Source: Octopus sinensis
Lineage: Eukaryota
Direction: 5' to 3'
NCBI RefSeq assembly: GCF_006345805.1
Contig: NC_043005.1
Location: 61,132,001-61,196,000 of the forward strand
DNA length: 64,000 nt
The notes under the pieces were generated by a model. It was not told where the DNA came from. It ran no database searches and was given only the letters and a program-made list of their open reading frames with translations. The number at the start of each line of letters is the position of its first letter. Within the stretch, counting starts at the first letter, position 1. The position numbers were made by a program, and so were the translations under genes. Below, one piece after another: positions 51,143 to 64,000 of the stretch.

Positions 51143-54100
51143 TAATAATTTCAATATTCTTGTCTAATAAATATGCAGAGCTTTCATCATGTTAATTTTT
51201 CACAAAAACGAATTTAATAAAATAGTGCCAGCGTAAATGATGATTTTAAACGACACTCTACCTCCCTCGATATTAATTTTTTCAGCAAACTTCTAGAACG
51301 AAAATACCGACATTTTATATGGTAAATACGTTTTTATGACAGAGTTCAGGCTTTCAGGAGTTGTAAAGTATTTCTGAGTTCAAAAGCTACAACTTAAGTG
51401 CACAACCTTTATTATCTTACGCGAAATTACACTAATATAAATTACACTGTATCATATTAAATTAGGTCTAATATTGGAAATGAAGGAAAACCAGTTTTAA
51501 ATGAATTTTCTCGATTATGCTTGATTATTAAACGAGTAATTCATATTAACACTCGCTCGCACACGCACACACACAGTTAGAAAATAATACATGGATGATT
51601 TATTGACCTAACGCGTAATTTTCTGAAATTAATCCTCCAGAGGAAACAAGACAAAAGTCGAGACACTTCCCACAGACCAATTGAATAAAAGGGAAAGGAA
51701 GTTTTTGGTTTATTTCTAATGTATAATGGAGCTGCCAACAGGAGGTTTTCGATAAAGGCTAAGAATCCGACATTTTCAACCAAGTTTTCCTACAGAAATA
51801 AGTTGGAAAGCAGTCTTAGTTACAAGAAGGCAATTTTTTTTTAAACAATGCGAAAAAATTTAATGCAGTGCTGATAATAGCACATACGAAAGAATGTTTG
51901 CGTGCCTATACAACTACATATATATATATATATATATATACTGCTTTACACACACACTTTTGCGCGCACACACATACACACGTATGTATGTACATATATA
52001 TACATATATATATATACATTTTTTTTTGTTTTTCGTAATGAGATAAAACACTAAGGTTGTCTAGATTTTAGAACGTTTATAAATATAAGGTCTTACAGCT
52101 GTTTCTAGGTGTGAGAAGATGATTAAGCAATAGTTAATTTAGATAAGATACGAAATAGAGAGTGACGTGGAGGAATGAAAATAGATGTGAGATATGCAGG
52201 GATATTGTATTTGTAGATCCATTATTTAGGCAGAATGGTATACATATAAGATTCCAATACCTTATGAGTAAAATCCAATAGTATTTACAATTGGTCATTC
52301 CAAGTATAGAGTTTATACAGTGTTATTGAATCAAGGGTTTTATTGAAATGGACCTAAAAGTAGGGAACGTATTAGTAAGGTCAAATCGAAGAGAGGAATA
52401 AAGAAGGAGGTAAAAAAAGAGAAAAAAGAGAAGAAAATAAGAAAAGTAATAAAATAATACAAATGAAAAATGAAAAAGAGGAATTACAGGAAGAGAAGAA
52501 TAAAGAAAAGGAAGACAAAGAAAAGGAAAAACAATGAAGAGATAGAAAGGGAAAGTGTACCTGTTAGTGGTCAGTCGAGATAGTTTGAAAGTAGGAATGA
52601 GGAGATGTGGGTGATAAAAAGAGAAAGGTATTAGAGTGTAAAAAGATAGAAGGAATGGGGGTGATAGAAAGGGATGGGGTATAAAAAGTAAGGGGCTGTC
52701 AATTGTGCAGAGATAGTCTAAATGATGGGGCAGGGAGTGGGGTAGTAGTATGAAATAAAGAACTTAGGAATTTGAGTGGTTGGACAGGATAGAGCTGAGT
52801 AGTAGAAGAAAATATATATGTGAAGATGTACACATATGTATATATTAGACATGTATATATATTTAAATGGCGGTGCCCCAGCACGGTCACAGCTCGTGAG
52901 CTGAAACTAGATAAAATAAAATAAAAATAAAATATATATTTATACAGATGTTTATACATATCAATATCTACATATACGACTCTTACTCATATGCATATTA
53001 CACATGCGCACCCATTTATATATGCATATGCATGTATTATCGTAATACATGCAGGCTGATAGGCAGGCTGATAGGCAGTCAGATAGGCAGGCATAGGAAC
53101 TTGCCTGCTGTATTTTATATATTAGTTTTGAATCACTAAAACAGAAATAAAATAGAGAAATGAAATTAAAGATATAATAAAATCTCTTATAAAATTTAAA
53201 TACGGTTGTGTTCGTAAACAACAAGTAAAACTAGCCAGCATAAACAAACAAAAAATATTTAGATAACTCATGTAGAAAATGTCACATGGATTGACTAAGT
53301 ATATTTGAACACGGCTGTATTTCTCCGTTGTGTAGTATTTTGTTCGCTTCACTTTAGTCAGGTCACTTGTATTGAGCCATTTATTTTCGTAAGAACCAAC
53401 TCAAATCAATCACAACTGACAAGCAATCCACGAAGTGTATTCAACAGAACGAATACGAATGTTTATGAAAGAACACATGATTTTATCTAATAGAGAAATA
53501 CGTGTAATTTCCAAAGTAGAATTGAACATTACACTTTGAACTTTTGCGTATATTTATTTTACAATGGTAGGAAAAAGAATGGTAATCACCATAGAATTTC
53601 TAGAATTTGTTCGGCAAATGAAGATTAGGGTTGATAGTATTAAATTGAAATTTTTTCTTGCATTTTATTTGTCAGAGTTATAGAAAGAACATCTATACAA
53701 AGATAGGTATTCAAAGCAATAAAAATAGACGTCATTGAAAAACATGTCTATTTTAAAATCTAAAGAATGCATACTATAGTCACATTTACACACTAATGAA
53801 TATTCGAAATTAAACACAAATGCACACACTGACATACACACGCACGCACATATATATATGTATGCATGTATATATCTAAATCTATATACGTACACACACA
53901 CACTCATATTTATGTGTGTGTGTGCATGTGCATATGTGTGTGTATATGTGTAAATGTATGCCAGTGTGTGTGTGTTTTGTGTGTGATTTACTCTTTAAGT
54001 ATGTATATATAAATCTCATTTGTGAAACAAAAAATTACAATCGAATTCAAAAATACCTTCTACAATATAAGATCTCCAGACAGGCGCAGTAAACAACTCT

Positions 54101-54721
54101 AAAGTTTCTAGGGAATCGTTATATGAAATTTTCGAGTGCTAACATCGATTAAACCTTCGGTATACAATTCAGCTTGCAAATCAACCGTATATATTCACCA
54201 TAATGTTCAGAACTCTTGACATAGCTATCTTTCTGCTGGCTTTGCGTTTCTAGAGATGAATCAATGGTGAAATTTCTCTAGGGAAAAAAGAGAAATAATT
54301 ATATAGATAGATTACTGTTTGTGATGTAGATGTCTGTTTCTGGTAGCCAAATATTTGCAGCGAGTTGCGAAAAATTCACATTTGGTATATATCTTTCTAC
54401 GCAAAGTGAAACAACATATTACAAAAATTCAAAACTGAACGTTATTGTCCTGACCATAGAAAGTTCAGAGGTTATCGAGTTACAGTGTGATGGTTCGGTT
54501 ACCACTCACCTATGACTTTCTCGAAATAGTTTTATCATTGACTCTGGCATATGAACATATTTGTTACCAAAACATAGCCGTATCAAATGTTGGGAATTTT
54601 GTTTAATCTCTCTCTGCCTCTTTCTCTCTTTGTCATTGCGTAAGTGTGACTCTCTTTGTCACTCTATATCTACCAATCTATTTAACTATGTATGTATGCA
54701 TGTACACACACACACATATAC

Positions 54722-54775
<54 letters not shown>

Positions 54776-54779
<4 letters not shown>

Positions 54780-54994
54780 CCAAATCCGTTCTGTCTGTCT
54801 GTGTGTGTCTCTTCTAGGATCTTGGGCATCCTCCATCCGATTGCACTCAAATTTGATATGTAGATACCGACGGTATAAAGGCGTGTATTAGTCTTGAAAA
54901 AAATTACAAAAATCGATTCCAGGTGAGAATGCGATTTAGTTTAAATGTTTGACAACTCAGCACCGTCTATTGGACGGGGTGGGCGTTTTGCTCG
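54776..54994 (+). mobile_element. Non-autonomous Helitron-like element 1
   Basis: Subterminal hairpin CCGTC-TATTG-GACGG followed by CTCG|T (CTAG-like); embedded in (TA)n. Confidence 0.5.
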
Positions 54995-55014
54995 TATATA
55001 TGTATATGTATGTA

Positions 55015-55062
<48 letters not shown>

Positions 55063-55100
55063 ATATTATATATATATATATATATACATGCATATATATA

Positions 55101-55482
55101 TCTCTATATATAAACGGCAGTTTGTCTGTGCGTGTTTCTGTGTGTCTGTTTGCTTGTACCCTCACCCTGACCACGGCTTTCAACCGATTCTGATGAAACT
55201 TGACACACACATAGCCCAATGTCATAATTCAAAACTAACGCAGCGAAAATTTTGAAAAGTTCCCCCAGTTCTGAAAAAAATCGATAAATTCGACATGGGG
55301 TCGAGAATCAGAAACACAAACCATAAACTGTCTAGGGGGCGCAACTCCACCTTTTTTAAATCTCAAAAAAAATTTACCATCATTTTTTTCCATTTTTTTG
55401 CTATTTTTTGGCTATAACTCTCTAAAAATGATTTATAGTTATTTCCCTTACAAACCTGAGCAACGCCGGGCGATACTGCTAG
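55101..55482 (+). mobile_element. Non-autonomous Helitron-like element 2
   Basis: Starts TC after A, ends CTAG before T, subterminal GC-rich hairpin CCTGAGCAACGCCGGG; second copy at 63039-63426. Confidence 0.8.
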
Positions 55483-55894
55483 TATATATATATACACACA
55501 ATGCAGATGGATGGCTGTATATATGTGTGTGTGCATACATCAATGTTGAGATACTGAGTTTATCCATTGATAAATGAGTATTTGTATGCATGTATACGTC
55601 TATGCGTGTGCGAACTACTACAGCCCTTCCCAGGTGATTAAATAAGTTCATCTGTTTTTATCACATTTCTGATTAATTTAAACTCTGCGTCCTTATAGCC
55701 AACGGAGAATTTACGTTACAACGATCATACATCGCCTTGTCCTAGTATATTTCTTAACCCCCTGAAAACCATAGTTGTCTCAGTTGACAAATAAATAGTT
55801 ACCACTCTAGTATTTGTTCATCTTGAATGATAAAGGCAAATCCTTTTTATTTTAATCATTATAGTCCAAGAGACTATTTCCCTACCAAACTAAT

Positions 55895-56172
55895 TAGATG
55901 TAATTCCCCACAGCTCTTCAGTGTCTTTCCAAAATGGCCGAAAGATCTGCATGGTGTCGATGTAAGCGTCTTTAAAACAAAATTGGATCTCTTCCTGTTA
56001 ACGGTTCTAGAATAGCCTGCATCTCGGCAGGAAACACAGATGGGGGCAGCAGCATCAAACTCCCTCACACATGAGAGAATGTTTCAAAAAATGGTGTAGG
56101 ACAGTCAATAGTGGTGCCCTAGCATGTCCGCAGCTTTGAAGCTGAAACATTTTAAAGGATATGATAAATAAA
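55895..56172 (+). mobile_element. 3' end of a CR1-clade-like LINE
   Basis: Peptide PQLFSVFPKWPKDLHGVDVSVFKTKLDLFL...AAASNSL, typical of CR1 ORF2 C-termini; tail GTGGTGCCCTAGCATGTCCGCAG...CTGAAAC. Confidence 0.7.
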
Positions 56173-56214
56173 TTGGACGTAGTATAGCTACTATATATAC
56201 AAAACATAACTCTA

Positions 56215-56274
56215 GCTCTCTCTCTCTCTCTCTTTCTCTTCCGGTCTCTCTCTCTCTCTCTCTCTCTTTCTCTT

Positions 56275-56362
<88 letters not shown>
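56215..56362. repeat. (TC)n microsatellite
   Basis: Direct inspection. Confidence 0.95.
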
Positions 56363-56363
<1 letters not shown>

Positions 56364-57853
56364 CAGTCTCTGCGCACTATATTTTGATGGAGACAGAAGA
56401 AACAGCAATAAAACAAGCATCAGTCATCTGCTGACTTTGGATATATTGCAGATACGCTTCTCATCAATACCTCTCCTTGTCCTACTGTTTGAAATGAATA
56501 TTGCTTCGTCTACAACTGTCTGTACTTTCAACACTTTCTTTACAATGAAAAACATTGAGCTAAATAATAATTAGCTCCATATTGCGATAATTATTATTTA
56601 TTCTTAATTGATTAATATATCGATTACATCATTTTTGATCTTGAAAATTTCGTTTAAGTTTGTAGACTCCAACTAGAAATAAAAGTTACAATATTCATGA
56701 CAGAATGGCGGATAGTATGCAGACATGGTTCAGCGCCGGACGTAGTGCATTTATTACAATCATTCTGTGTTTTGAGAGAATTGACTTTGATATTTATCAC
56801 TCTATAGACAAGAAAGTAAACATTAATAATATACTGAGATCAAACTGATCGAGTCTAAACGCTTGTCTACAATATGTAGACGAAAAGTAATCATTAAGAT
56901 TACATAGACGAAATTAATCAGTAAGATAACATAGGTTTATCGTTTTAATTATTGATTTCGTACATTGGCACAAAGCAACAAATATGTAAAGGGGGTGTTG
57001 TATAGTCGATTAAATCGACCAAAGTGTTTGGCTTTTACTTGTGTTCTCAGCCCATTGAACGATAAAGGCAACCTTTGCTTCGGTGAGATAAGTCAAAACA
57101 TATATGGAGAAAAACAAAGTACTTCAGTTTTAGTCGTGGTCCTACACTTTCATTGGGGAAATTATTGAAAAACAGGCAAATGTAAGTTGTTGGAATTTTT
57201 TGCCTTCAATATAATAAACGAAATTCAATCGTTGATAAAATAATTTTAATGTAGCCGTACAACATGCCGGAAATATGAGAACAACAGGTTGCAATACCGT
57301 CTAACGGAGACAGTGACTGTTTGATGTAGAGGACTGCATTATGAATTTATAATAACGGTAGTGAGGTGAAATGCATCACATGCACCGACTCCTTCAACAA
57401 TACTACTTTTAGATTAATTCCGAAAATTAAAGACTTGCAATAGTTTAGTAATAGTTACGAATTTATAACATTTTCATTAATTTTTATCGTTGAGGCATAG
57501 ATTTATTGTTATTTTTATTTTTAATATCGAGGTAGATATTCGAATTAGCAAATCGAAACAAACGTCAAATATAGATTTAGAAGGAGAAAATAAATTTAGC
57601 CTAGCCTAGTCTGTCTCATACAACACGCTTTTCCAATTCCCATGGTAGTTTTCTCTGTGCTAACTTTTATCTTTGTTGTTTTTACTAGAGACCTAACGTT
57701 CTATATATTAACTGCCATACCTAATTATGTATCTATCGATATATCCATATATCAGTCTGTCTGCTCACCTAGTAGAGATTTTTCTATTTGACTATCCTGA
57801 GTCAATGTCCGCCCTAGTCCCCCAGATATATATTTTTATCCATGCATCTACTA

Positions 57854-57890
<37 letters not shown>

Positions 57891-58278
57891 GACTCAGTTA
57901 TTTACTTAAGGGCGATCATGCTGTGGGATTGCCTACAGGCTTCAGTTAACCATATCGACCCATGTACTTCTTTCAATTTCGTATTATCTTGGCGTTTTTG
58001 TCGAAACACTATCTTTCGTGACGGAAAGAAAATCCAATATACTCATCCTTTGTTTTATAGGCCAGAGTACATGGGAACATAGACCCCGAATACGGTAGAA
58101 TTGAATATATACATACAAGCTTACAAACATACAAATCGACATACGTATATACATATATACAATATACACACACATTTATATATACTTAAATATATACATA
58201 TACAAGCACATATATATACAAGCATATATATATGCATACATACATATATATAGAAATGTATGCATATATATATATAGT

Positions 58279-58331
<53 letters not shown>

Positions 58332-59189
58332 GTGAATGTGTGTGTTTATGAATGTATGAATTACGTATGTATGTATAATGTTTGTATAATATCTGCTCTT
58401 GCAAATCGATCGGTTTAATAGGTTTATCTTAGTTTATTCCTCCAACGAGAAATGCATCTAACGTTAGATCTGCCTGTTGTCCTATATTCTTTGGTCTCTG
58501 CTAGCTATCTTTGTATACAGATCTATCTATCTATATGCACACCTCGTTTATTCTTTGTCTTTTTGTGTTTCTACATATTTCTCTGATTATGTATCTCCTC
58601 ATCCATTTATCTATTTATATTACGTCATGTCATTGCTCCAATGAGTAAATATTCTGATATATTATTTGTGTATCTAAAAATTTAAAAAAAATGAAGTCGG
58701 AACGTAGAAGATAACTGCTCGATGTTGTCTATGTACATGCATCACCAATGAAGCTTATATAGGAGGAATCTACCAGTGGCGTAGTTAACGACAGCTAAAA
58801 CATTCAGAAAATGGAAGATGTGGTAAAGGTGGTGTTGATGCAGAGAAAAAGAAAAGAATAAAAACCGAGAAGTTATTGGGTAATTATCACACAGAATATA
58901 TAGAGAAGTAAATGCTATCAAGGAGAATGCAACAGATGCTTGCAGCAAATTGTAAATTCTCTTTAGTGAGAAAAAAAATATAACCACGCAGCAGAATACA
59001 AAAAAAAGCGGCTGCCATATATGCGAGAAGTTTCGTAGTCTGAGCAGATCGATATCGCCTGTAGAATAACAATAAGCTGCGTAAAGTATGATCTGAAATA
59101 CATATAAATCTAGATCGAACAGTTAATTGGGGGCAATGTAATATATTCAAATGTCAGGAGTAATATTACCTCCAACATGTAATAGATTT

Positions 59190-59460
<271 letters not shown>

Positions 59461-59889
59461 ATCGGTTCTGGAAGCATGCTCGTCTTGCTCGTAAGTTTAA
59501 CCTTTAATTTGCGTCTCCAAATGTTGTTAACTGCTTATTTACAAACGCTTGTTAAAACCACCACCATTGTATAGGTTTGATTTCACGGTTTATTTGTTTG
59601 TTTATTCACTTTTGGTGACGCAATTTCGAAGAGAGAATTTTCATTTTGTTTAGGAAACGATATTTTCCATAAACAGACATCGCGACGCAAGCCTTGCTAA
59701 AAGGCATGGAAGAGAAATTAAGAGGTAGCTTTGACACTTCAGAATTCTCCGCATTCTACTCTGAAATGAAAGAGGAAGTGAGCTCACACCAAGTTCAAAT
59801 TACACTGGGCAACACTACCTCTATGACAACAACAGCAGCAGCAGCAACAGCAACAACCCAAACAGCAACATTGTGTGGGAATTTAATTT

Positions 59890-61232
59890 CGATTATGAAA
59901 ACTCACAGTTTATTTTGCTGGGTATGATGGAAAGTGTCAGCTGTCCACAGCCAGCAGATTAAGGTGACACTTGTTTACTAGTCATGCTTTAAAAGCACTG
60001 CGAAGAATTCTTGCAGTTCCAAGCAATGCTGATTTTTGTAGGTGTTCTACCTTACACTTGGACCAATCTTTTTGAGCCATGTTGGTAGTTGAGTGATGAC
60101 ACTTCCAAGTGCACCAATTCCTACTGGAATCACATGTACTCTCCATTGACCACAACGTTCTTATTTCCCATTTCAGTTTGTTGTAGGTGTTTGTTTTACT
60201 TCTTTCATATTGATCCTGTTGACAGGTGCTTTCTTTTTTATTCCTCACAACAATGACTGCTTTTCGATGTCTGTTTGGATGATCACACTGAATTATTGCA
60301 CCCCACAGGATTTTACAATTCTCATTGTCGGTGATTACTTCTGAGATTTGCTCATACCACATATTTGCTCTTTATAGGCCGTGTTTTCCACAGAGCTCCC
60401 AATAGATCATTCTTGCCACATTGTCATGGCGTCTTTTGTATTTACGATGTGCGAATTTCGGGAATTCGCTCACGATGTGCATACCGTTCACCCCTATCTC
60501 CACTCATTCTGCATTTGTCGCTATATGTAGTGTTGTCTATTCTGCACTTCATATAGCTGGTCCTTAACGCTTGTTCCTCAGCTGCGCATATGGGTGCTTC
60601 TGTCTCTATCTTCAGGTCACTCCTCCTCATCTATAACCACTGGTACTCTGTATCTGTCTTGGCGTTTACATTTCTTGTAAATTAACCGTGCCTTTTCTTG
60701 TCCTTTCATGCTTCTTGATTTTTGTTTTGTTCATTATTTTGTTTAAATTTCTCATTCTTTACACAATTTTCAGTTTTGATGACGCTGGCCTTCTTCGTAT
60801 CTTTCATCAGTGGCTCCACGGTATTTTTATATACTACTCTTAGCTGTTTTCCTCTCCTTCAAAACAGTTCTGGCAACTGATCAAACTTCTCTCATCCGTA
60901 CTTCGGGACAAGTGCATCCTATATGTGTCACTCTTATGGTGGAAGGCTCCGTGTACCGTCAATATATGTTTGGTCTTGGCATACATTTTCTTCACTTCTC
61001 TCATTTACCATTTTATAATTCCTGCTTCAAACTGAAGTGAAGCTATCCCCCACATATTAACTACTTGGATTTTATTCTATCCAGTCAATTTTGAGCGCAT
61101 CAGCAACCTCAGTCTTCGGAAATACTCCATCCTCAGTTGCTCTTTCATTTCCTTTTCTATTATCTCGTTGGACTCTAGTACACCAAGGTATTTGTACTCT
61201 TCGTTTCAATTTGTTTAATCACTATTATTATT
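59890..61232 (-). mobile_element. 5'-truncated, decayed R4/Dong-like (restriction-like endonuclease) non-LTR retrotransposon
   Basis: Minus peptides EYKYLGVLE, EYFRRLRLLMRSKL, LKIETEAPICAAEEQALRT, DKCRM, NENCKILW, HRKAVIVV, LKWEIRTLW and VEHLQKSALLGTARILR, in RT thumb, zinc knuckle, RLE order. Confidence 0.88.
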
Positions 61233-61273
61233 AGTAGTAGTATTATAATTAACATTATTTTTATTTTTAATAT

Positions 61274-61311
<38 letters not shown>

Positions 61312-61363
61312 TTACTATTACTATTACTACTACTACTACTACTACTACAACTACTACTATTAC

Positions 61364-61412
<49 letters not shown>

Positions 61413-61589
61413 GCTAAGGTCATCTTTGCCTTTCATTCCTCCGATGTCGGTAAGTTACACTATCACTCATGTACTGGATTCGATGTTATGACTAACACCT
61501 TTCGCTTAAACTTTTGGCCTTGTACCTAAATCAGAAACGATAAATTAAGGCAGTGAACTGGCAGAAACGTTAAAGTTTGTTACCCACGT

Positions 61590-62165
61590 CTTTCCGCGTG
61601 TTTCCTTCTTAACAGATCAGTGGACTCTAGTTCAAGAGGAAAGCATAAGTACTTCTCTACCTGACGAGCAATCTGACAGGGGAAATTTCCCAGTTCGTAA
61701 TGAAGGATTAGTGACGAAGAAAGGCAACATCTTCCCAGGACACAACAAAGAACTGGCTGAACTTTGCGGTGAAACTTCAATGTGAGGAGAATCGTTAACT
61801 TGTAGAAAACTATATCTACACATACGAGAGTAATTTTAACTTTTCTGCATGCATTTGATACGTGACGCCATATTGAACATCTGTTCCTGTGTGTATTACA
61901 GATCCGGCTAACTTCCTTTGAACATGCGCCCCGGACAGTTCCGCAGAGTGCCGAAGAAATTCCGCACACATCTGCTTGGATTCGAGTATCATGCCCCCGT
62001 CCTGGCTTGCCAAAGGATAAATTGTGGATTCGTTGCCAACTAGAGCTTCTGCCTCACAGGCCCATTGAACAGCTTTCATTCGGCCTGATGGCTATGGCGA
62101 ACATTTTTGCAGGCATCTGATGATTGACACTTTACGCTTCGGCCAAACCCTCACCGAATTTTTCA
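61590..62165 (-). pseudogene. Decayed L1/Tx1-like LINE ORF2 fragment (linker to RT start)
   Basis: Minus peptide SIIR...MKAVQWACEAEALVGNESTIYPLASQDGGMILESKQMCAEFLRHSAELSG fits the Tx1 pattern (R..W..E...I..L...DG...MC..F..H..LFG); locally GC-rich. Confidence 0.5.
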
Positions 62166-63038
62166 AGTTACTCTTGAAGAAGCTCGTAATAGTAACAGAC
62201 CTGTTTCTATTTAGTAAAAGTGTTATTTTATACTTTCATTATTTATTTAGCTTTGAAATAACAGAAGCTATTATTTATCCATCCATCTAACAGTTCTTTC
62301 GTAATTTAGCCACTCTTTCATAAGAGTAGCAACCCTAAGTGAAAAACACAAAGCTGTTTTATTAGTTTCCTGATATTCTTTAGAAGTTATGCTTCTAAAC
62401 GTGAAGTGGATATATTTTATCAATGTGCTCTACTAACAAAAAACCTCCACGTTCCTATTTTCGTGTTAAATTAAATCTTTTGTATCGAATTTCTGGGTGT
62501 CTTTTCTTAAACTAGCGAATACGCAAATATTTTCCAATTTATTCTTGTTAATTCAATTTGAAGTTGAAGATATTATGAACTTGAATAACAAGATTATTGA
62601 TATATATATATCGACTTTATATGTTGCGTTTATTTAATTTGAACTGTGAATCTAATACTATTAAAATAGTCCGTACTCATGTATATATTTTTTATCTTGT
62701 TCTTCGTCTAATGCATTAGCTCTTACGATTTAAAGCTATATGTTGATGTGTTAGTAAGTAAATTGATTGGAGAAATAGAACAATATGCTCGATTATTGAG
62801 TTGTCTGCTTACTCTTAAAAATGATAAAATATTTTTCTCCAGTATGTCTAACGTGGGCTTTAGGATATCCATAACACTCATAGAAATTGTTTCATTTTTA
62901 ATTCTATTATATCACCTTCCCACCAAACCTCAGTACATCTATTTCCCCATCAACCAGTAACGCTCGTGCAACTACACCAACATACGTCTCTCACGCACGC
63001 ACATATAAGTTCTAAAGTCATGAATATATATATATATA

Positions 63039-63426
63039 CTAGCAGTATATATATATATATACTCGTTGCTCGGGTTTGTAAGGGAAATAACTATAAAGCA
63101 TTTTTAGAGTTATAGCCAAAAAATAGAAAAAAATGGAAAAGAAATTATGGTAAATTTTCTTTTGAGAGTTAAAAAGGTCGAGTTGCGTCCCCTAGACAGT
63201 CTGTGGTTTGTGTTTCTGATTCTCGACCCCATGTCGAATTTATCGATTTTTTTCAGAACTGGAGGAACGTTTCAAAATTTTCGCTGCGTTAGTTTTGAAT
63301 TATGACATTGGGTTATGTGTGTGTCAAGTTTCATCAGAATCGGTTGAAAGCCGTGGTCAGGGTGAGGGTACAACCTAACAGACACACAGACACACAGACA
63401 GACAAACTGCCGTTTATATATAGAGA
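63039..63426 (-). mobile_element. Second copy of Helitron-like element 2
   Basis: Reverse complement of 55101-55482; CTAG at 63039-63042. Confidence 0.8.
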
Positions 63427-63716
63427 GATATACATAATACACCAGATAAAAACAGACGAGCGCACAGGTACGTTTATACTCAACTACGAGAATGTACATA
63501 TTTACGCACATGCACACAAACACACAAACCCATAATAGCATCCCAAACACACTTGTACACGCACGAGTGTACAGCTGGCACTCACACGTATTCGCCCACA
63601 ATTCATATATACACGCATACACACGTTCATAGAATCAATAACAAACCTACATCCACGCACTCCTATATCTGGTATGGACACATACACAAACACACAGCCC
63701 CACTCCCACTCTCTCG

Positions 63717-63749
<33 letters not shown>

Positions 63750-63789
63750 TATCTATCTATCTATCTATCTCTCCACCATGCTTATGTTG

Positions 63790-64000
63790 GCTTTCAGTTC
63801 CCTTCAAACGCCCACCACATGCTAAGATGTCACAAGGCTCTTTGACCTGCCTGGCGGACCAAGAAAGTCTTTCTAATCTATCCGGTGTCGCTGAAATACC
63901 GAGCTCACTCGCATCAACATGTGAGCCACCTTGACCAATAGTAACCCGTCTTCCTGTAGATATATTAGGATTCCAGTAGCTACCTTGAACTTTCTGCGCT
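63790..64000 (-). pseudogene. Possible upstream piece of the same Tx1-like LINE
   Basis: Minus GSYWNPNIS resembles the post-endonuclease GYWKLNxS motif; GC-rich; an exon reading on + is an alternative. Confidence 0.3.

Noticed and set aside
61616-62120. Plus-strand exons DQWTLVQEE... and IRLTSFEHAP...
   Set aside because: Not called as CDS: splice phases between them do not match and the minus strand is better explained as Tx1-like LINE.

Overview
Eukaryotic, strongly AT-rich, repeat-dominated genomic DNA. The SINE families and dense (TA)n/(CA)n/(GATA)n/(TTA)n microsatellites look like a coleoid cephalopod, most likely Octopus (pattern recognition, no database search). No host protein-coding gene can be named; nearly all tracked ORFs are microsatellite artefacts or transposon remnants. 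Recognisable content: four tRNA-headed SINE types (some with TSDs, nested or in head-to-tail arrays); decayed mariner and Tc1 transposases; RTE-, CR1-, Tx1- and R4/Dong-like LINE fragments; non-autonomous Helitrons; two near-identical tandem duplications bounded by microsatellites. The most interesting signal is a set of short elements in (TA)n tracts. They combine fold-back (inverted-repeat) architecture, traces of Penelope-like element (PLE) coding sequence and type I hammerhead ribozyme (HHR) motifs. One HHR looks essentially intact (7810-7920), one is minimal (8188-8215), one has a non-canonical core (50963-51013) and several are partial. A few weak candidate host exons are flagged. All alignments and folds were done by eye.
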